Assembly (NCBI GenBank): GCA_963776495.1
Contig: CAVZMW010000006.1
Span: 265,119-329,118 of the forward strand
Direction of reading: 5' to 3'
Length of the DNA: 64,000 bases
From: an uncultured Acidobacteriota bacterium
Lineage (GTDB): Bacteria; Acidobacteriota; Vicinamibacteria; Vicinamibacterales; Fen-181
Shown here: positions 62,248 to 64,000 of the stretch, piece by piece
Layout: each line of letters starts with the position of its first letter
How positions within the stretch are numbered: position 1 is the stretch's first letter
Made by a program: the position numbers and the translations under genes
The notes under the pieces: generated by a model
The model's database searches: none
What the model was told of the DNA's origin: nothing
The model's input: only the letters and a program-made list of their open reading frames with translations

Positions 62248-64000
62248 ATGGTCGTGTTCACCCAACCGCTCGTGCCCGAGTCGATCGTCCACGCGGCCGA
62301 AGCCGCGACGCCCAGGGTGGCGGCCGGCGTGGCGCGCAACCTGTCGGCGGTGCCCGAGCTGTTCGCCGACCGCGCGCTCGCGGCCACCCGGAGCGCCCGC
62401 GAGACCGAGGGGCAGCCGCTCGCCATCCGCCGCGCGAAGATGCTCGCCCGGATCCTCGCCGACCACCCCATCGTCATCCAGGACGGCGAGGTGATCGTCG
62501 GGACGAAGACGCGAAAGCCCCGCGGCTCCCCCGTGTTCCCCGAGATCAACTGCGCCTGGGTGGAGCGCGACCTCGACCGGCTGGCCACCCGGTCGAACAC
62601 GCCGTTCGCCGTGGCCGACGAAACCCGCCGGGCGCTCGTCGAGGACGTGTTCCCCTACTGGCGCGGGCGCCAGGTGGCCGACCGGATCTTCGACCGGGTC
62701 CCGCCGGCGATGTGGCGCGCCGACGACCGCGGCGTCTTCTACCACTACTTCCGTTCTCGCACGATCGGCCACATCAACGCCGGCTACGCGAAGGTGCTCG
62801 AGCTGGGCTTCGACGGGATCGCGGACACCGCGCGCCAGGCGCTCGGTGCCCGCCGGGGCGGCGGGCCCGGCGTCGCCGCCGAGCGTGAGATGCTGGAGTC
62901 GGTCATCATCGCGTGCGACGCGGCGGTGGCGTTCGCGCGGCGCCACGCCGTCGTGCTCCTGCGGATGGCCGTGGCCGAGACCGATCCCGCGCGGCGCTTC
63001 GAGCTGGCGCGCATGGCCGAAGCCTGCCAGCGGGTGCCGGCCGCCCCGGCGCACGGCTTCCACGAGGCGCTGCAGGCGATGTGGTTCACGCACCTCGTGC
63101 TGAACCTCGAGACCGATGGGCACGCCTTCGGGCCCGGCCGCTTCGACCAGTATCTCTATCCGCACTACCGCCGCTCGATCGAGTCGGGCGAACTCGGCGA
63201 GGCGCAGGCGCAGGAACTCCTCGACCTGATGTGGGTCAAGTTCGACGAGATCACGCTGGCCAAGGACTCGGGCGAAGCCGAGACCAGCAGCTCGTACCCG
63301 GAGTTCCAGAACCTCAACATCGGCGGGCTCACCCGGGACGGCCGCGACGCGACCAACGAGCTGTCCTACATGTGCCTCACCTCGCTCGAGCGCACGAGGC
63401 TGCCGCAGCCGGGGCTGTCCGCTCAGATCGGCTCGCGCACTTCGTCGCGCTTCCTGATGCGCTGCTGCGAACTGCTGCGCCTCGGGCTCGGCATGCCGGC
63501 CATGTTCAACGCCGACACGCTCGTGCTCGGGATGGTGAACCGGGGCAAGACGCTCGAGGACGCGAGGGCCAGCAGCCTCAACGGCTGCGTGGCCTGCTTC
63601 TGCGACGGCCTCGACCGGATGGCCTCGAGCGGGTACTTCAACCTGGCCAAGTGCCTCGAGCTGGCGCTCAATGACGGCCGCGATCGCCTGACGGGCGAGC
63701 GGCTCGGGCCTTCGACCGGCGACCCGCGCGCGTTCGCCACCTTCGACGACGTGCTGCGCGCCTTCGGGGCGCAGGTGGCGCACTTCGCCGACGAGAAGGT
63801 TCTCTACGACGACATCGTCCGCCAGGTGTACGCGACCTGCTGCCCGGTGCCCTTCACCTCGGCCGTCATCGACGACTGCATCGAGAAGGGGATCGACTGG
63901 CATTCGGGCGGCGCGCGCTACAACATCGCCACCATCTCGGGCGTCGCCATCGGCACGGTGGCCGACGCGCTGTCGGCGATCCGGACGCACGTCTTCGAGC
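62248..64000 (+). CDS. Glycyl radical enzyme (PFL-like superfamily), 3' end beyond the window
   Basis: Own translation, frame 1 (absent from the ORF track): ETEGQPLAIRRAKML, GEVIVG, VFPE, PYWRG, GHINAGY.KVL, GFHEALQAMWF, ETDGHAFGPGRFDQYLYP, FQNLNIGG...GRDATNELSY, LPQP, NGCVAC, YFNLAKCLELALNDG, DDCIEKG, GGARYN. Confidence 0.93.
   Translation, partial: MVVFTQPLVPESIVHAAEAATPRVAAGVARNLSAVPELFADRALAATRSARETEGQPLAIRRAKMLARILADHPIVIQDGEVIVGTKTRKPRGSPVFPEINCAWVERDLDRLATRSNTPFAVADETRRALVEDVFPYWRGRQVADRIFDRVPPAMWRADDRGVFYHYFRSRTIGHINAGYAKVLELGFDGIADTARQALGARRGGGPGVAAEREMLESVIIACDAAVAFARRHAVVLLRMAVAETDPARRFELARMAEACQRVPAAPAHGFHEALQAMWFTHLVLNLETDGHAFGPGRFDQYLYPHYRRSIESGELGEAQAQELLDLMWVKFDEITLAKDSGEAETSSSYPEFQNLNIGGLTRDGRDATNELSYMCLTSLERTRLPQPGLSAQIGSRTSSRFLMRCCELLRLGLGMPAMFNADTLVLGMVNRGKTLEDARASSLNGCVACFCDGLDRMASSGYFNLAKCLELALNDGRDRLTGERLGPSTGDPRAFATFDDVLRAFGAQVAHFADEKVLYDDIVRQVYATCCPVPFTSAVIDDCIEKGIDWHSGGARYNIATISGVAIGTVADALSAIRTHVFE

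Overview
High-GC bacterial chromosomal segment. Gene content suggests Acidobacteriota, probably Vicinamibacteria (inference from the acidobacterial-type VWA and multi-TonB proteins and the repeat-rich intergenic DNA). Core genes include galK, an mrfAB/yprAB-type DUF1998 helicase plus exonuclease, rpmE, the tRNA-Leu(TAG)-tig-clpP-clpX-lon-engB cluster, an OPT transporter, a ChlI-like ATPase with a VWA partner, an SSS symporter, pepT, an aminotransferase, galM, rmuC, rsgA, truA, an RsuA-family synthase, cysK-cysE and proline dehydrogenase. An accessory stretch at about 17.6-27.7 kb lies between higBA and phd-vapC toxin-antitoxin pairs and carries a duplicated methyltransferase and gene debris. 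Four features stand out. (1) A 740-bp intergenic element of two head-to-head 20-bp tandem arrays (about 18 units each) sharing complementary cores. (2) A dense set of inverted heptamer arrays and GTAG-type REP/REPIN palindromes that bracket accessory genes, sit in-frame inside proteins and supply stop codons or C-termini. (3) A SEDS-PBP fusion whose transpeptidase has lost both catalytic lysines. (4) A glycyl radical enzyme, truncated by the window edge, with a non-canonical GCVA Cys loop. No CRISPR array, integrase or transposase was seen. All family calls come from motif recognition by eye; no database searches were run.
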